A stretch of DNA of 64,000 nt, from positions 1,552,001 to 1,616,000 of the forward strand of contig NC_087246.1 of the NCBI RefSeq assembly GCF_037042905.1. Direction: 5' to 3'. Made by a program: the position numbers and the translations under genes. Below are positions 1 through 13,172 of the stretch, piece after piece. Every line of letters starts with the position of its first letter. Position 1 is the first letter of the stretch. The notes below the pieces were generated by a model. It searched no databases. It worked only from the letters and a program-made list of their open reading frames with translations, and was not told where the DNA came from. This DNA comes from Lytechinus pictus (Eukaryota).

Positions 1-1611
1 AATTTACTCCTGGCTCCAAGAGAGGTGAGAATAAATGAAAACAAATTAATTCAATGGACAATTATAACTCATAAGATGTCATTAGAATACCTTTACAGTA
101 TATCCTGCTTATTAACTTGCTCAAAAAACCTTTACTAAGATTTACAGAATATTTACAATATTTACAATATTATTCACAATATTCAAGCGAATAGCAAAGG
201 CATACCATTATTCAGCTTAGCTGCACAATAAATACATTTCAAATAAACAAAACCTGTAGCTTTTTGGTAAACTTTCAATTACGAACATGACTGATGTCAA
301 ATGATGACTATCACTGAACCAATAACAAAATTGAAGTAAATATGGAATCAATCTCAATTCCAGTATTTCACTAAACATGCACTACCACAGTTTTCCTCAC
401 AGGTCAACATCTTTTACCTAGATAATACCAGCAGTGTTTGAGAAAGAATAAAGTAATGAAATATTTAACAGAATAATAAATCCCAAGCACTTTGATGAAT
501 AAATATTAATCAGTTGAACTAGCAGTGTGGTCCCATGAACACTGCAATGTTTAATAGATCTGAGGCTTGAAATCACTAATTACATATATATGATAGAAAT
601 ACAGTGACTAATGCAGGGAGGTAAATACAACGTTGTGTTAACTAATCTCTCTCAATAAGGCTGCAATGATTATGAATGCTTAAATACTGGAAGAAAAAAT
701 TGAACTGGAAACTTGGACATTGACGGGAATATTCAGTCTTTTAATTCACTTCTACTTCAATGGTACTTGTCATCACAACCTTTTCAGTCACTGACTGACA
801 AGACTTGGTGGTGTGATGTTTGAAGCACTGAACACAACTTCGATTTTGTTCTGGCTTAAAACTTATATTTGTGCTGTTTCAAGTGTATTCACTGTATGGT
901 TCTGGGATAATTTAAGGCACTTATGAGTGTTTGATGCTTAACCAATTCATTGTTTGCAGCTTGAAATACTTTTTATCTTGTAGCAAACCATTCTGCTACA
1001 AAGATGCCTCCTTGCAGAAAACACAAAAGATGAATAAAAGTAATACTTGGGACAATGGTGTGTAGAATGTGGTTGCTTTTCAGGGATCATAAAAAGGGAT
1101 GTTTTCCAAAGATTTTATTTTAAAATATAATTTAATGCAAGCTCTTGTTAAGATCAGATTATGAACTCCACTCCACTCAAGTAAAACAGATATTGAGAAA
1201 AGGGATTGGAACTGGAGAACAGAAGTCCCTCTGCTTTCTTCCTTTGAAGTTAATAATTTTAATAACATTTCAGATATTCTGACTTATTTTTGTATAATCA
1301 AAGTACTGCTGCTGATTTCAATTACCTATCTGCACCCCATTCCCCATACTAATTTTCAGGCAGAAAACCTGGATACTCAAATTTTATCAAGTTGTTGACA
1401 GATATGGCAGCTTGTCACATGACAGTTGTTGATATAATGCTCTCCACGATGGCAAAAATAGGGAAATAGGTAAGGGAAATCATCTCATGTCGTAAGTCGA
1501 TTATATCAGTATCTATGTAGTCATTACCAAGGCCAAGGGAGGATCACCTTGCAAGATTTTAAACCCACAAATTTCATGATTTTCCAGCAAACATCTGGTT
1601 GGCTGGATCTG

Positions 1612-1766
1612 GGGAGTGGGTCATGAAAGGATTTGTCAGATGTTCTTATCAGACCAAGTTTGTCTTATCCTGCAGTTACCATAGGAACTGTCAGATATCT
1701 GTACTTCTCAGCCAATCAAAATCAAGTGATCTGAAAACTTGAAAAAAATGTTTCTGAAACAATCAC
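1612..1766. mobile_element. Degraded short Harbinger-like MITE downstream of the TUBGCP4 stop
   Basis: CTG followed by GGGAGTGGGTCATGAAA, degenerate right end TTTCTGAAACAATCAC, central AGCCAATCAAAATCAAG. Resembles 50439-50577. Confidence 0.45.
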
Positions 1767-1860
1767 ACATTGTTTTTTAACAAGGAACTTCATAAAGTCT
1801 GTTCATGATTAATTAATTAATCTTTCATTAATAATCATTCTGTAAGTCCTCAGTTGTCAG

Positions 1861-4800
1861 CTATCTTGCTAGCGCACCTTCTGCCTGGCTGTAATACTTG
1901 TTGAAATCTAGCCTCAGTAGAAGTTGAGTCAGGTGAGGGCTGGCATGGTGGTTACGAACCCCTGATAAGATCTTGAACAGGAGTGATGACTGACGATTGA
2001 AACCCTACATTCATTGGTAAAAAAAGTAAAAAGTATCATTACAAATACTGTAAAAGATTCAAGACTGGTACATGTAAATTACCGATCAGTTTGTCCTGTG
2101 TTCACTATTCATTAGCTTAATGCTTAGATTCACAATGCAGTCACACCAGAAAAAAACCCATCTCCAGACCAACCAAAGCATCATGTTATATCCAGTAATT
2201 GGTATGATTGGATTCAAGTCTTTGTGGTGTGATTGTAGCATCAAGATTGTTACTTTTCTTTTTTTTAAGTGCAGAATAAGATAATGAAAATTAGGATTAT
2301 TGCTTGGCATGGTTTTATGCAGGGTTTTCCATGGGAACCCTTGTTACCTGATCAAATATTATATCAGGTCAGACACTATCTTTTCTATGTAAAAGAAGAC
2401 AACAGTATGTCTTTAAGCCTGTTTTCTTTCTCAAATACCATGCCTACTTTATATAGATAAAAGATTACAACAATATTGAGGGCAGTTATACCTACCTGAG
2501 CTAATTTATCCATGTGTGTAAGTTCTCTATCAGTAACTGTTGAGGTCTGCATCATGAGACTACAGAATGAATAACATAACTCGAGGATCTCAGTCAAACA
2601 ATGATGGACCTGTGTGAAATAAAAAACAGAGTTATCCTTATCAGGAAAGTATTATACCAATCTTGTGGCTGTTTTATAAAACCTAGAATTGAAAGAAAAA
2701 ATATTTTAGGGTATGCACAAGTCAAACTTTTAAATAATCATTGAGAACAGATCTTTCTACCAGAATATGCAAAGTATGTGTAATTATATCTTCAAAGCAA
2801 CATTTGCCTGAAATTTTCTGTGATTCTAAGCTCATACCTGCCAACCATGAGAGCAAAGATTTAGGAACAATTTAAAAGTACCAAGAAATTTCCAGAAATT
2901 AGAAATTTCTTAAATTTCCTATTCAATAGTACAGAAAATTTTCTCAATAAAATAGGAACACACAGGTTATAATGTCATTTTTCTTTTCCTGAATATAGGA
3001 ATGTTTCTATTACATAGCAGCACTTGGCAGGTATGAAAATTTGAGTTGTAAAAAGGTAATCAACTTAGAAGTGTCAAATTTGGCAAGTTTAGAGTAAGAT
3101 ACTTACTGGTTTTGTGAGCAGGAAGCACTGAGTTATGAGTGAGACTAAGAACTGATCATGGGCCAGACGAACAGCTTCGAAATCTCTTTTTAATTCAATC
3201 TTCTGTAGAAGCTGAATGAAATTGGTTTCTAACACATCAACCTGTCCAAAAGAAACAAAAAACACTTATTACTTATTACATCTTTTTCATAGCTTCAAAA
3301 TATAATGATGTCATTGATTAACCAGACAGGGACATTCAAAATACCTGGTTTGCAAGTTAACCACATCTTGGGATGCAAATTACAAATAATGAAAATATGC
3401 AATGCAGTATTCTGAGAGGTAAAAACTGTATATTTCTTGGAATAGACACAAGTATTTGAAATTGCTTTTACAATGTTTTTATGTTATTCATATACTGTGC
3501 CTATAAACTAATAATCATGAAAGTTATAGCAGAGGCTGTTTTTCATGTGCAAATGTGTATAAAACATGTTTGATGGACAAAAATTATCATTTTTGAATTG
3601 ACATTGAAATTGAATTGAAAACACACATTATTTACCATAAAATCTGAATTATGGTACCTGTTTTTATGTGGGGGTATACAAAATTTAACAAATTATAAAT
3701 GTTAGTATACATGATCCTCACACATGCTACATGAAGGTAAACTGTTCAGTCATTCTACTTTCTAACAGCTTCTTAGCTGACGATGCCGTTAAATTACAGA
3801 CTATTACAGATTACAAATTATTACAATAAACCAATCAAAAGTTACAGCAAGTTTAATAACAAGAATACATGCAGAAGAACCCCTGCTAATGTCGGGCAAT
3901 TGCAAGATATTCAGTATAAAGTGAATGTAAAAGAAGATGAATCCATATTTCATACCTGGAGATAGTACTGAAGGTTATCGATGAGAAAGGCCATATGTGA
4001 ACGAAGCCGCCACTGAGCTGCATCCCAACGTTTAAAGTTTTGATGTTTATGCTGCATCTGAACGGCCCAGCACTGCTGTAACTCAAGCTGAACTCTCTTC
4101 ACATTGAGAAGGAATCTGAATAGCATGTTGTATCTGTGTCAATAAATCAGGAATTATGGTGTAACCTTTGTATAAAGATCATCAAAGGGGGACTAATATG
4201 GTCTTTATGATCAGGATCCAGCTGTATGATACTTACAATTATAACAACTTTGCCATCCAATGGTAACTACCATGGTACGAATGCTCAACAGCCAATCAAA
4301 TGCAAGGGTTTTAAGAAGATACCATTGCATGACAGAGTTACTATAATAATTATGCAACAGGTCCCCTGGATTCCTAAGACTATTTCCAATGGCACTGGAA
4401 CACTTGACTCAGAGAGTTGGGAGGTCAAAGCCTTGTGGGCAAATAACTCACCCAACTTTCTGTCTAAGCCGAATGTTATGGGACAACTCCCTATTTCAAT
4501 CTTAGATTGAAACAAAATTATTGGTCTACATATGCGTTGCACTGTTTGATGAATTAAGCAGTGGAGAGATATTTATCAGAGATGCCCATTCAACATTCAT
4601 ATTTTAGGCAGAATTTAAATGGAAATCATGGAGATCTTACTCAACCACACATAATCAAATGCAGGTTATACATGAATGAATCAATATGGCTGAAAATTAG
4701 TTGTCAATCTCAAACTAAAATCATTCAATTTAAAAGAGGCATGACAGTTCTATGATTTAAACTTATTGGAGGAAATTAATGCACACAGTCATTGGCAGAA

Positions 4801-7800
4801 AAATTAATTACAATGTTTTGTTGACAAGAAACAGCTACAATGAATTTCAAAGTCTAGAATAAGATTAGCAAAATTTACTGACAATATGGGGCATAATTTC
4901 ATATGGATGTTTGTGAACTTACAACTCAAGCTTAGGCTTGTATGGGACTCCTTTACATTATGGAAATTTCTTTCCTACAGCATTAACCTACAAAAACAGC
5001 ATTTGCTGATAGGGTGCTCCATCCCATGAGAGGTAAATATATTATGTATATATAAAAAAACTATTATGTCATTGTCTTTGTAGAAAGCATTTAACCAGTT
5101 GACAACCGAATACTTAAATTCCCATCAAATTGTACAGGGGCTCATTGGTTCCTGTAGCAAACGGGTAAAAAATAAATTGGCATATAATCTATAACTAAAG
5201 TAAGGTAATATCTAAGGTACCTTTCTAAGACACTTTGTGTGAATAAGATATGAAGAGGCCACTGAACAGCGAATGTCATCCCAAGACACGACCAGCCACT
5301 CTCACCAATACCACGCACTTGTCTGCTGCCCTCGCTCTCTAAATTGGGCAGAACAAAATGAGGGAATATACTTTCAAAATACATTGATCACATCATGGTA
5401 TAAGATAGACAACAGAGCTGAGTCATGGACTCCATAAGACCTGAATCAGTGAAACAAGATCCAATTAAAATAAGATGAATAAGTGTCTGCAGCAAAATTC
5501 ACACTCAAAATTTTCCTTTTATTTTTTTAGTTCATTTTTTGGGTAAAGTTGAAATATCAAATTATATTTTTTAGCACGAAACAGTGAATGTTCTCCCTCC
5601 ACTTGTTATGATGTAACAACAATTGACAAGATACAAGCTAAATGATCTAACAAGAATGAATGTAGAACTTACTCTTAGAAGTTGGTTTACTGATCTTGCC
5701 TGATATGGTGAGTCTAAACCTTGATAGTGAAGTATCATCATCAAAGAGAATCTTATGAGCAGCCTGCTGGAATGCGACATTTACATCTAAGATAGAAAAC
5801 AAGATTGATTATAAGATGGTTAACCTGAATCAAATCAATGCTTTAAAGCATTACACATGACCAGGCATCTAGTCTGACTAAGGGCAATTCAAGCATTCAA
5901 ACAGTTCTCACTGAAAATGAAATGTCCCTTTACACAACACAATAAATGCATTTTCTCTACAATACTTCAATAAAATTTATTAAAATTCATTGTTTATGTA
6001 ACAATATGATAAGTATGTCTGATAAGCTGATTTAGAACTCTCTGAAAACCATTAATTTTAAAGTGAGATGCTATGAAACTGTCTGATTGCCATTTCTACA
6101 TGACAGAATTGCCCTTAATACATAAATCTACTGATACTGCAAAAAATAACATGTCATACATAGATTTTCATGACCTGCCATTGTTCTGAGATGAGAATGA
6201 TTAATAAACAATACTGATTGAAATCTTGATTTTACTTAAAAAGTAAAATATATCATTCTGTTCAGACATAAGTATAATAACCCAAACACCTCTGCCATTA
6301 CCTCTGGCATATTGTCACTATTTCTATGTGGTCATTTTTACTGTTAACATAAAAAATATAAATAAATATTAGGATTGGAATGATCTTTACCATGTTCTGT
6401 TGTTGAAGTGGCTGGATTCTTTAAGAGAGTCTGAGCTTGATCAATGAAAGCAAGGAATAATTCACCTCTCCCAAGAAGAAAGAAATCTTTGAACATATTC
6501 AACTTTCCTACAAGGTTAAACTCCTCTACGACAAGTTTCCATAGATGCTGTTGGAAAAGATAATGACAAATAAATAAAAATCATTGAATATTTCAAAAAA
6601 TGTATAAATTAAAACAATGGAATCAAAGTTTGTATTCAGATTCTACAATATGTACACTTTCAAGAGTGACATATCAACATTGTATAGCATCATCTCAAGA
6701 CCTTAACTATATTAATCCCAAGTTTCTTACCCAGAATGAAACAGTTTGATTATTATCATAATAATATTCCAACTAACAACATATCAATTAAATGTCTGCT
6801 ATTTCTTTCTTACAAGGAACAGGTTCCATCATAACCTTCAAGAAAGGCTTTGTTTTTTAATAGTAATATTTCACTAATTTATCTTTCCTTGCACAATAAA
6901 ACTGAAGTGAATTGAATGAAACATGTTTCTTTAAATGTCAGGGTGATAATAAAATACAGTAATATGCCCTCAACAGATTGGACAATGATAGATATAGATG
7001 ACGACCTCTCACCTCTGCCACACAAACTCTGATCTCATCAACAGCATCCTCAAAGTCTTGAATCATAAAGATTGGTTTCTCTTGAAGATCATGAAGTCTG
7101 CTGGCAAATTCTGCTTCATTCTTACCAAGAACTGAGTCTGGATAAAACAATATCTAGAAATAACCCACTGAACACCCTTCATAGACCTTAGTTACACCAG
7201 GCGTCAATAAAACATGCAATATGATCTTTTGACCCCTAGATGACCTTTGACCTCATCATCCTCATGAACACACATGCAGTATTACCTAAGAATAATTTGT
7301 ACCAAGTGTGAACAATTGTTGCAGAAATAAATGAATAGAGTTGCAGCACAGATTTGGCAAAGACTTCTGCAGCCTAATGTCTATGATAAAAAAATGAGAA
7401 TTAGTGAAGAAATGATGCTTGTCTTTCCTGCTTCTTTTCAGTGGGAAATATGCTACTCTGACCTTTAGTAAGATACCCTAGTATTGTATATATTGATGGC
7501 CATACCTGTGTATTTCATGGCTGTACTTTGTTTCTTGCTTTCAAACATCTGAACAGATTCCCCAACAAAGAGAATTTTGTCTGCTGCCCTCGCAGGGATA
7601 TAGCTGGGTAACATGGCAGGATGGATGGCAAAATGACTGTGTTCAGTCTCTGATGATATCCCATCTTCAGAAAGTTGCTGTGATAATAAATTCAAAGCTA
7701 CACATTAATGGGAATGTTCAGAAGTGGGAAGCTGACCCCCCCCCCCCCATATTTAGCAGACATAATAACTAACAGGGTCCACTGCTAGACCCAAATTTTC

Positions 7801-9452
7801 TGTATCTTATGTTAGTATCGAATAAAAAAAGTCATAATAACTGTACAGGCCTAACTCTTGGAATTATCACCACCACACTGTTGGCAAAGCAACTCAAGTA
7901 ACTTGCATATGTATGACAATTGGCTATCCATAGTTCAACCACAAACATTAAACCAGAGTTTAACTTAAGCTGGAGTTCAGAATATGGGCCATACCATGAT
8001 ATCTTGAAGCTGTCTACTGGTCACCCCACCAAGACCAAGATCATCATCATCTGGACTAGGGGTCAAGAGCTGACCAGGATCAGTGGTCTGGTGAATGAAG
8101 AATTCAGCATGACGGTCAAGCAACATTCCATGGAGAAGCCAGGCTGTTACCTGACGGTACATTACACAGTGGCATGCAAATAAGATTCTGGATAGAGTGG
8201 AAATAATGAAAGGAGAAAAGGATTGAAATTCAATTAACTTGCCAACTCATGAAGTGTATAGTAAATTGCTAGGACAAAACAACTACAGTATGTAGATTGA
8301 GAATACCCAAAATATTAACTCATATCCATCTATTTCTCTTTTTATTCCTTATAGGCAATTACTGGATGCAAATGGATACAGTCCAAACCTTTTACACTCT
8401 GTAACCAATAAAGGTATTATGTTTAGTTGAATTCTCGTTCACCATGACAACCACAAAATTAGAATAGGCATCAAAGATTTCATTTTTTTATAGACTTCTT
8501 CAAATAGGGTATTGCTATATCTCCTGGGGGCCATTGCAGAAAGAGTTGCGATCAAACCCAACTCAAAATATCTTGCGCAACTTGATTTTCAGCCAATGAA
8601 GCACCCGTATTCGGGACTTGCGCTTGATATTTTGACTTGCGTTTAAATGCAACTCTTTCTGCAACAGGCCCCTGATCATATAATTTTCATACACGAAATG
8701 GAATATCGCATCAGTAGGTGAATTTCTCATGACGTCTCTAATAGTAGAATTGTAGCTTGCTAGAATTGAGAGATAAGCTAGGACAAAAGAATAATAATCA
8801 TAATGTATACGGGTCATTCTATCAAGTTAAAGCAAACAACTTCTTTACAAGATTGGAATAAAAGATCACAACATTACAATATGAATCACAAATTTCATTT
8901 TTTTAAGATGTCCACATAATGAAAGTATCAACCATTTCATTTCACAATGAAGATCATTTCTGTTTTGACCTAGGTTTGATGAGTCATGAAAGAATTTAAA
9001 ATCTTTTATGGATTTGCTGCCATTCAAATCGTATATTTATGGATGTTACATGGACATCACATGTATTTTTCCTTGAAATTGAAATACATTAGGATGTTTG
9101 CTGTTTGTAAACCTTTGTGGGACACCACTGTGATTATTGGCACCAGGATATTTTCCTTGTTTAAATGAGTTTTCAGTCCTGGTACATCACAAAAACTGCC
9201 TAAACCCGATGAAACAACCAATTTGAAATCTTTTGAAAATTGAGACTCACTTCTGTAATGCTTTCTGAATAACAGGCTGACCACAATCACAGTGCCTCTG
9301 CAGTAGGTCTAGGATCTGGCCTCCATGATAGCCCTGTGTCTGGATTTGTTGAGCTAGTGATAATAGGGCTGGGAACAGGGACTGGAATGGCTCCAGGGTG
9401 TGTTGTATATGACCTACAGTCAGGTTAGGGTCTGCTAAAATCTTTGTAAGAA

Positions 9453-9490
<38 letters not shown>

Positions 9491-12400
9491 CAAAACAAAT
9501 TACAGTCATTTATCAAATCCACTCTACTTAACAAAGAACATGGAAAGTATAAAATATGAAGACATCAATAGTAATTAATTATTCAAAAACACAAATCATA
9601 AGTTGTGTGAAGAAATGAAATTTCCTGACAATTACTCTTATTCCAGACAGCTGAAGATTCTGAAAATTTTCAAAAATTTCCTGAAAGTTCCCAGCCCTTT
9701 TCAATATCATTAAAACTAAATGGTTTAAAACCAATTGAGTAGTAAACCACAGTGACAATTAGATCATATGCAAATTAAATTAAATTGTTAGTAGACCATG
9801 TGGGTTTAGCCATTCTAAAAATTAGACCATAAGAATTAGACTATTTGGTATACTTAGACTAAGTGGATATCAAGCAATAATACCTACATCCTGTTCCAGG
9901 TCTAATAGAGCTTTTCTGTATGGTTCCAGGACCTTGTCTAAACCTGAACAGAATGTCCTGAGATACAATCCATCAGGGAGTCTATCCACTGGCTTAATTT
10001 CTGAAAAGAGACAAGAACATTTCACATTAAGTGTGACCAATCTTACTATTTGCTCATATTCATGATTTATTAAAACAAAGGAAACCAAACTTCATGACTG
10101 TTTGTGAGAGAATTTATTTTAGTAATTATTTTATATAAGTTGCAGAACAATAATGTTCAGTGTTGATTCGACTGAACAATAGCATATATAGTTCCCAATT
10201 TAATGCTAATGAGATGTATTGTAGGAGATTACTTACCTTATTTTTCTAATACACCTAATACTAAACACTGCCAAAAAGGACAACTTGTTAGTTGAAAGAA
10301 ATCTTTCTATTTAAAGAATTTTCTAAAGGTTTCATTATTAATATTTATGCCCAGCTATTTCTGTTTATCTCGGGTCCCCTTCCCTATCTAATATAATAAA
10401 AATTCCCTGAAACAAATCAACTTTCTAACTGAAAGATTGATTTCTGAAAAGATCTATTGTATCTAATAATACTTAATAGGAGCTTTTATGGAATGGAACA
10501 AACTCCCTCTCACAATAAGACAATCCACAACAATCGAGTCCTTTAAGAAGTCCCTTAAAACTCTTTTGTTCTAGGCAACTGCCTTCATTTAATATGTCAT
10601 TCTGCTTTTTTGTTTGTATAAATATGTTAACTGAAATTGTGAGCGCTTTGGGCCATGTGGGAAAAGCGCGTTATAAATATTGAGTATTATTATTATTATT
10701 ACTATTATTATGAGATTGAATGCACAATCCAATGATTGCTATTTTGTTCTCTATTGCTAACAAGATCAAACTGGGAGGAAGTATAATTTTCTCACAGAGG
10801 GGTGTGCCAAGTCTACAAACTGAATTTCAATGTAGGTCAAAGCATAACAGCACCTCAAAATAGAAAAAAAATCCTTCTGTCTTGTATAAGTTTACCTTGA
10901 TTATGTTTCCCTAAGTAAGGACTGCCACTGTATCTTTTGATGAAGGTCTGGAGATTCTTATAAATAGCCCCTAAACGACAAACTCTGTTGAGTACACTGA
11001 CTTCACTCACATGGATAAAAGGAAGATCTGGAACAACCTAGAGGCAAAATAAAGAAATATGATAATAAACACAGATACATGCCTTGAGATTCAAGTATGC
11101 TTTCCAAAATTTCTTGGGCCTCTGCCTCTGATATATCCTGGATCCACTCCTGGTCAAGATTACAATGTTAGTTTAGATTATACCGTTTGTTTATGAACAA
11201 ATCACGTACTGCTGGCTTCATTTAAGGTGTGAAGGTTTTTCTAATTTCTTCTTTAATTTATTGTTCCAAAAAAATAATGTTTTCCAAAGATTGCCATAAT
11301 TGAGGATGAACTGCAAGGTCTTTTTTCAAAGTATTTTATTCTGTTGGTGCCCTTATTTCATCAAATAATAAGAGGATTGTGCAAATGATGAATTTTGACA
11401 AAGTTAAAATTTTGCCGATGGGCTGAATTAAAACTGTGAATTTCATTAGCCCCACCATGTATCTCATCTCTATGGTCCAATCCAATCTCATTGAAACCAC
11501 TGACCAAGCAATTTTTATTCATTTTCTTATTTCAATAAAAAAAAATCAATGATTTTTTACTACTCTCAATGCACAGTTTATTCAGTCTTAATTAAACCAA
11601 TTTCAGGCAAACATTACTTACTTTATGAATAATAATAAAATACAACATTTATATAATGCTTAATACAATGTTTCTAAGTACTGCAAACTATCACTTACTT
11701 GCTCACTTCTTTTCCACATAAAAGGGTGGTGGGTAACGTTATATTATTGCACAGGATTTTAAATAGAGTTTACAATCGGATCAAAAATTGCAATACAATA
11801 ATCTTAATTTGATTAACTCAAAGAATCATGGAAGAAGAAAAATTGAAGAAGAGGAAGAAGTAGATAGAGAAAGAGGAGAAAGAATAAGAAATAGAAGGAA
11901 TAGAAGGGGAGGAGCAGGAGGAGGAAGAAGAGAAAAAAAAGAGAAGAGGAGAAGAAGAGGAAAGTGAGAACAAGCAGGAGGGGGGAGCAGGGGAAGAAGA
12001 AGACAAAGACTTTTTCAAAGAGGATGAGGAGAAGGAAGAGGAAGACAGAGAGGACACCTGAGGAAGAGGAGGAAGATTAAGAGCAGAGAAGAAAAGAAAG
12101 AAGAAGACAGCGGAGAAGTAAGAGAACAGGAAGACGAGGAAGAAGAGGGAGACAAAAAGGATGAGTAGGCTGTAGGAGGAAGATGAAGAGGGACACCTGA
12201 GGAAGAGGAGGAAGAGCTAAAGGAAGAGGAAAAAGGAGGAAGACCGAAGACAATGCCAAGCCCAAGGGGAAGAATCACTAGAGGGGAGGAGAAGAAAAAC
12301 AAAATGAGGAAGTGAAGAAGGAGAAGAACAAGAACAAGAATATTTACCACAAGACAGTTCCAACCTTTCATTTTCAATTTCATTTCGACGTAGGCCTAGG

Positions 12401-12753
12401 CCTAGATCATCTATCTAAAACAGGAAGCAAAGCACCTAAAAAAATAAAAGTAAAACCTACCAGCACCTTTCACTTGTCACTCATCACATTCACAAGCTGT
12501 GCTTTCTTAGTTGCTACCTCTTTTGCTTTGTTCAAGTTCTTAAAATGTATTGATGCTTTATTTATCATTGGAAATAAATGTACTTCATTCATTCATTCGT
12601 TCGTTCATTCATTCATTCATTCATTCGAAATTAGCTTAACATCAATTGGAATGAATGGGACTGGAGTCTAATTACCTGTATATCACTGTGCCCATGTTCC
12701 ATAAAAATACCCCCAGGAAATCCATTCAGAGCCATCAGTAAGTCATGTAACAT
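1861..12753 (-). CDS. TUBGCP4: Gamma-tubulin complex component 4 (GCP4), 14 coding exons, ~657 aa
   Basis: Exons (minus, all GT-AG, phases consistent): 12676-12753, 10896-11037, 9888-10000, 9251-9441, 7995-8187, 7506-7677, 7013-7137, 6391-6547, 5673-5786, 5221-5338, 3956-4133, 3107-3241, 2496-2609, 1861-2004; total 1974 nt. Translation begins MLHDLLMALNGFPG and includes PFIHVSEVSVLNRVCRLG, GLYLRTFCSGLDKVLEPYR, KILFVGESV, KDFFLLGRGELF, WPLHILFT, HMAFLIDNLQYYLQVDVLE and LLLRLDFNKYY, which I recognise as GCP4/GRIP-domain motifs. Confidence 0.95.
4215..4364. mobile_element. Degraded short Harbinger-like MITE
   Basis: Right end TATGCAACAGGTCC followed by CTG resembles the TIR of the 8527 and 13369 elements. 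Central AGCCAATCAAATGCAAGG. Confidence 0.45.
8527..8671. mobile_element. 145-bp Harbinger-like MITE
   Basis: TIRs GGGGCCATTGCAGAAAGAGTTGC / GCAACTCTTTCTGCAACAGGCCC. CTG TSD at 8524-8526 and 8672-8674. Confidence 0.8.
9461..9488. repeat. (AT)n microsatellite
   Basis: Perfect AT run adjacent to the polypyrimidine tract of TUBGCP4 exon 4. Confidence 0.9.
10540..10710 (+). mobile_element. LINE (L2/CR1-like) 3' tail remnant
   Basis: TGTGAGCGCTTTGGG...AAAGCGCGTTATAAAT followed by a (TAT)n tail, the typical architecture of L2-clade 3' ends. Similar tails occur near 62380-62450 and 62680-62745. Confidence 0.5.
11828..12340. repeat. Purine-rich (GAA/GGA) low-complexity tract in TUBGCP4 intron 1
   Basis: About 500 bp almost entirely G/A on the plus strand, with internal repeats of GGACACCTGAGGAAGAGGAGGAAG. 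Confidence 0.9.
12584..12627. repeat. (TTCA)n microsatellite
   Basis: Direct inspection. Confidence 0.85.
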
Positions 12754-13172
12754 CTTGGTTGCAATCTAGATGATCGAATCGAAGAGAAAAATCATGGATA
12801 CAGACTTCTGCAGAGTCGGAATTGAATATTTATCAGGCCCGTTTCACATTAGGTTAATGAATTGTCTGCAGATAGAGTCTATTGCCTACTAGAAGAAGTT
12901 GTTCTTTGAATAATTTATATTGATTTATAAAGATGTATGATGATTCTTTGTTCCTTTAAAATAATTTATAGTTGTAGAATTTATTTTATTTTCGTCTTGC
13001 AGTTTAATTTTTATTATTTATTTTCATATTTTATTTTAAAGTACCTAATAAAATCTACTTTTTAGTACGAGCCTGTATTTCACAATCGCGCGAAACTTGT
13101 GTGGAGCTACTGTTATCTCTTAATATCATAAACGTTTTTATTAGTTAAAAATAAATTAAAGTACATATTAAA
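12754..13172. promoter_or_regulatory. Putative bidirectional promoter shared by TUBGCP4 and RFC2
   Basis: Only 419 bp separate the two divergent start codons. It contains the canonical E2F site TTTCGCGC (minus strand, 13088-13095). Confidence 0.7.
13088..13095 (-). promoter_or_regulatory. E2F binding site TTTCGCGC
   Basis: Exact match to the TTTSGCGC consensus ~80 bp upstream of the RFC2 ATG, in an otherwise CpG-poor region. RFC genes are well-known E2F targets. Confidence 0.6.

Noticed and set aside
5386..5440. Possible extra TUBGCP4 exon after TTCAG (GT CTT ATG GAG TCC...)
   Set aside because: It runs into an in-frame TGA without a good donor, and exons 9 and 10 already join in frame.
11818..12383. 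Ser/Leu-rich ORFs in the ORF track
   Set aside because: They are translations of a GAA/GGA low-complexity intronic tract and have no splice-consistent place in TUBGCP4.
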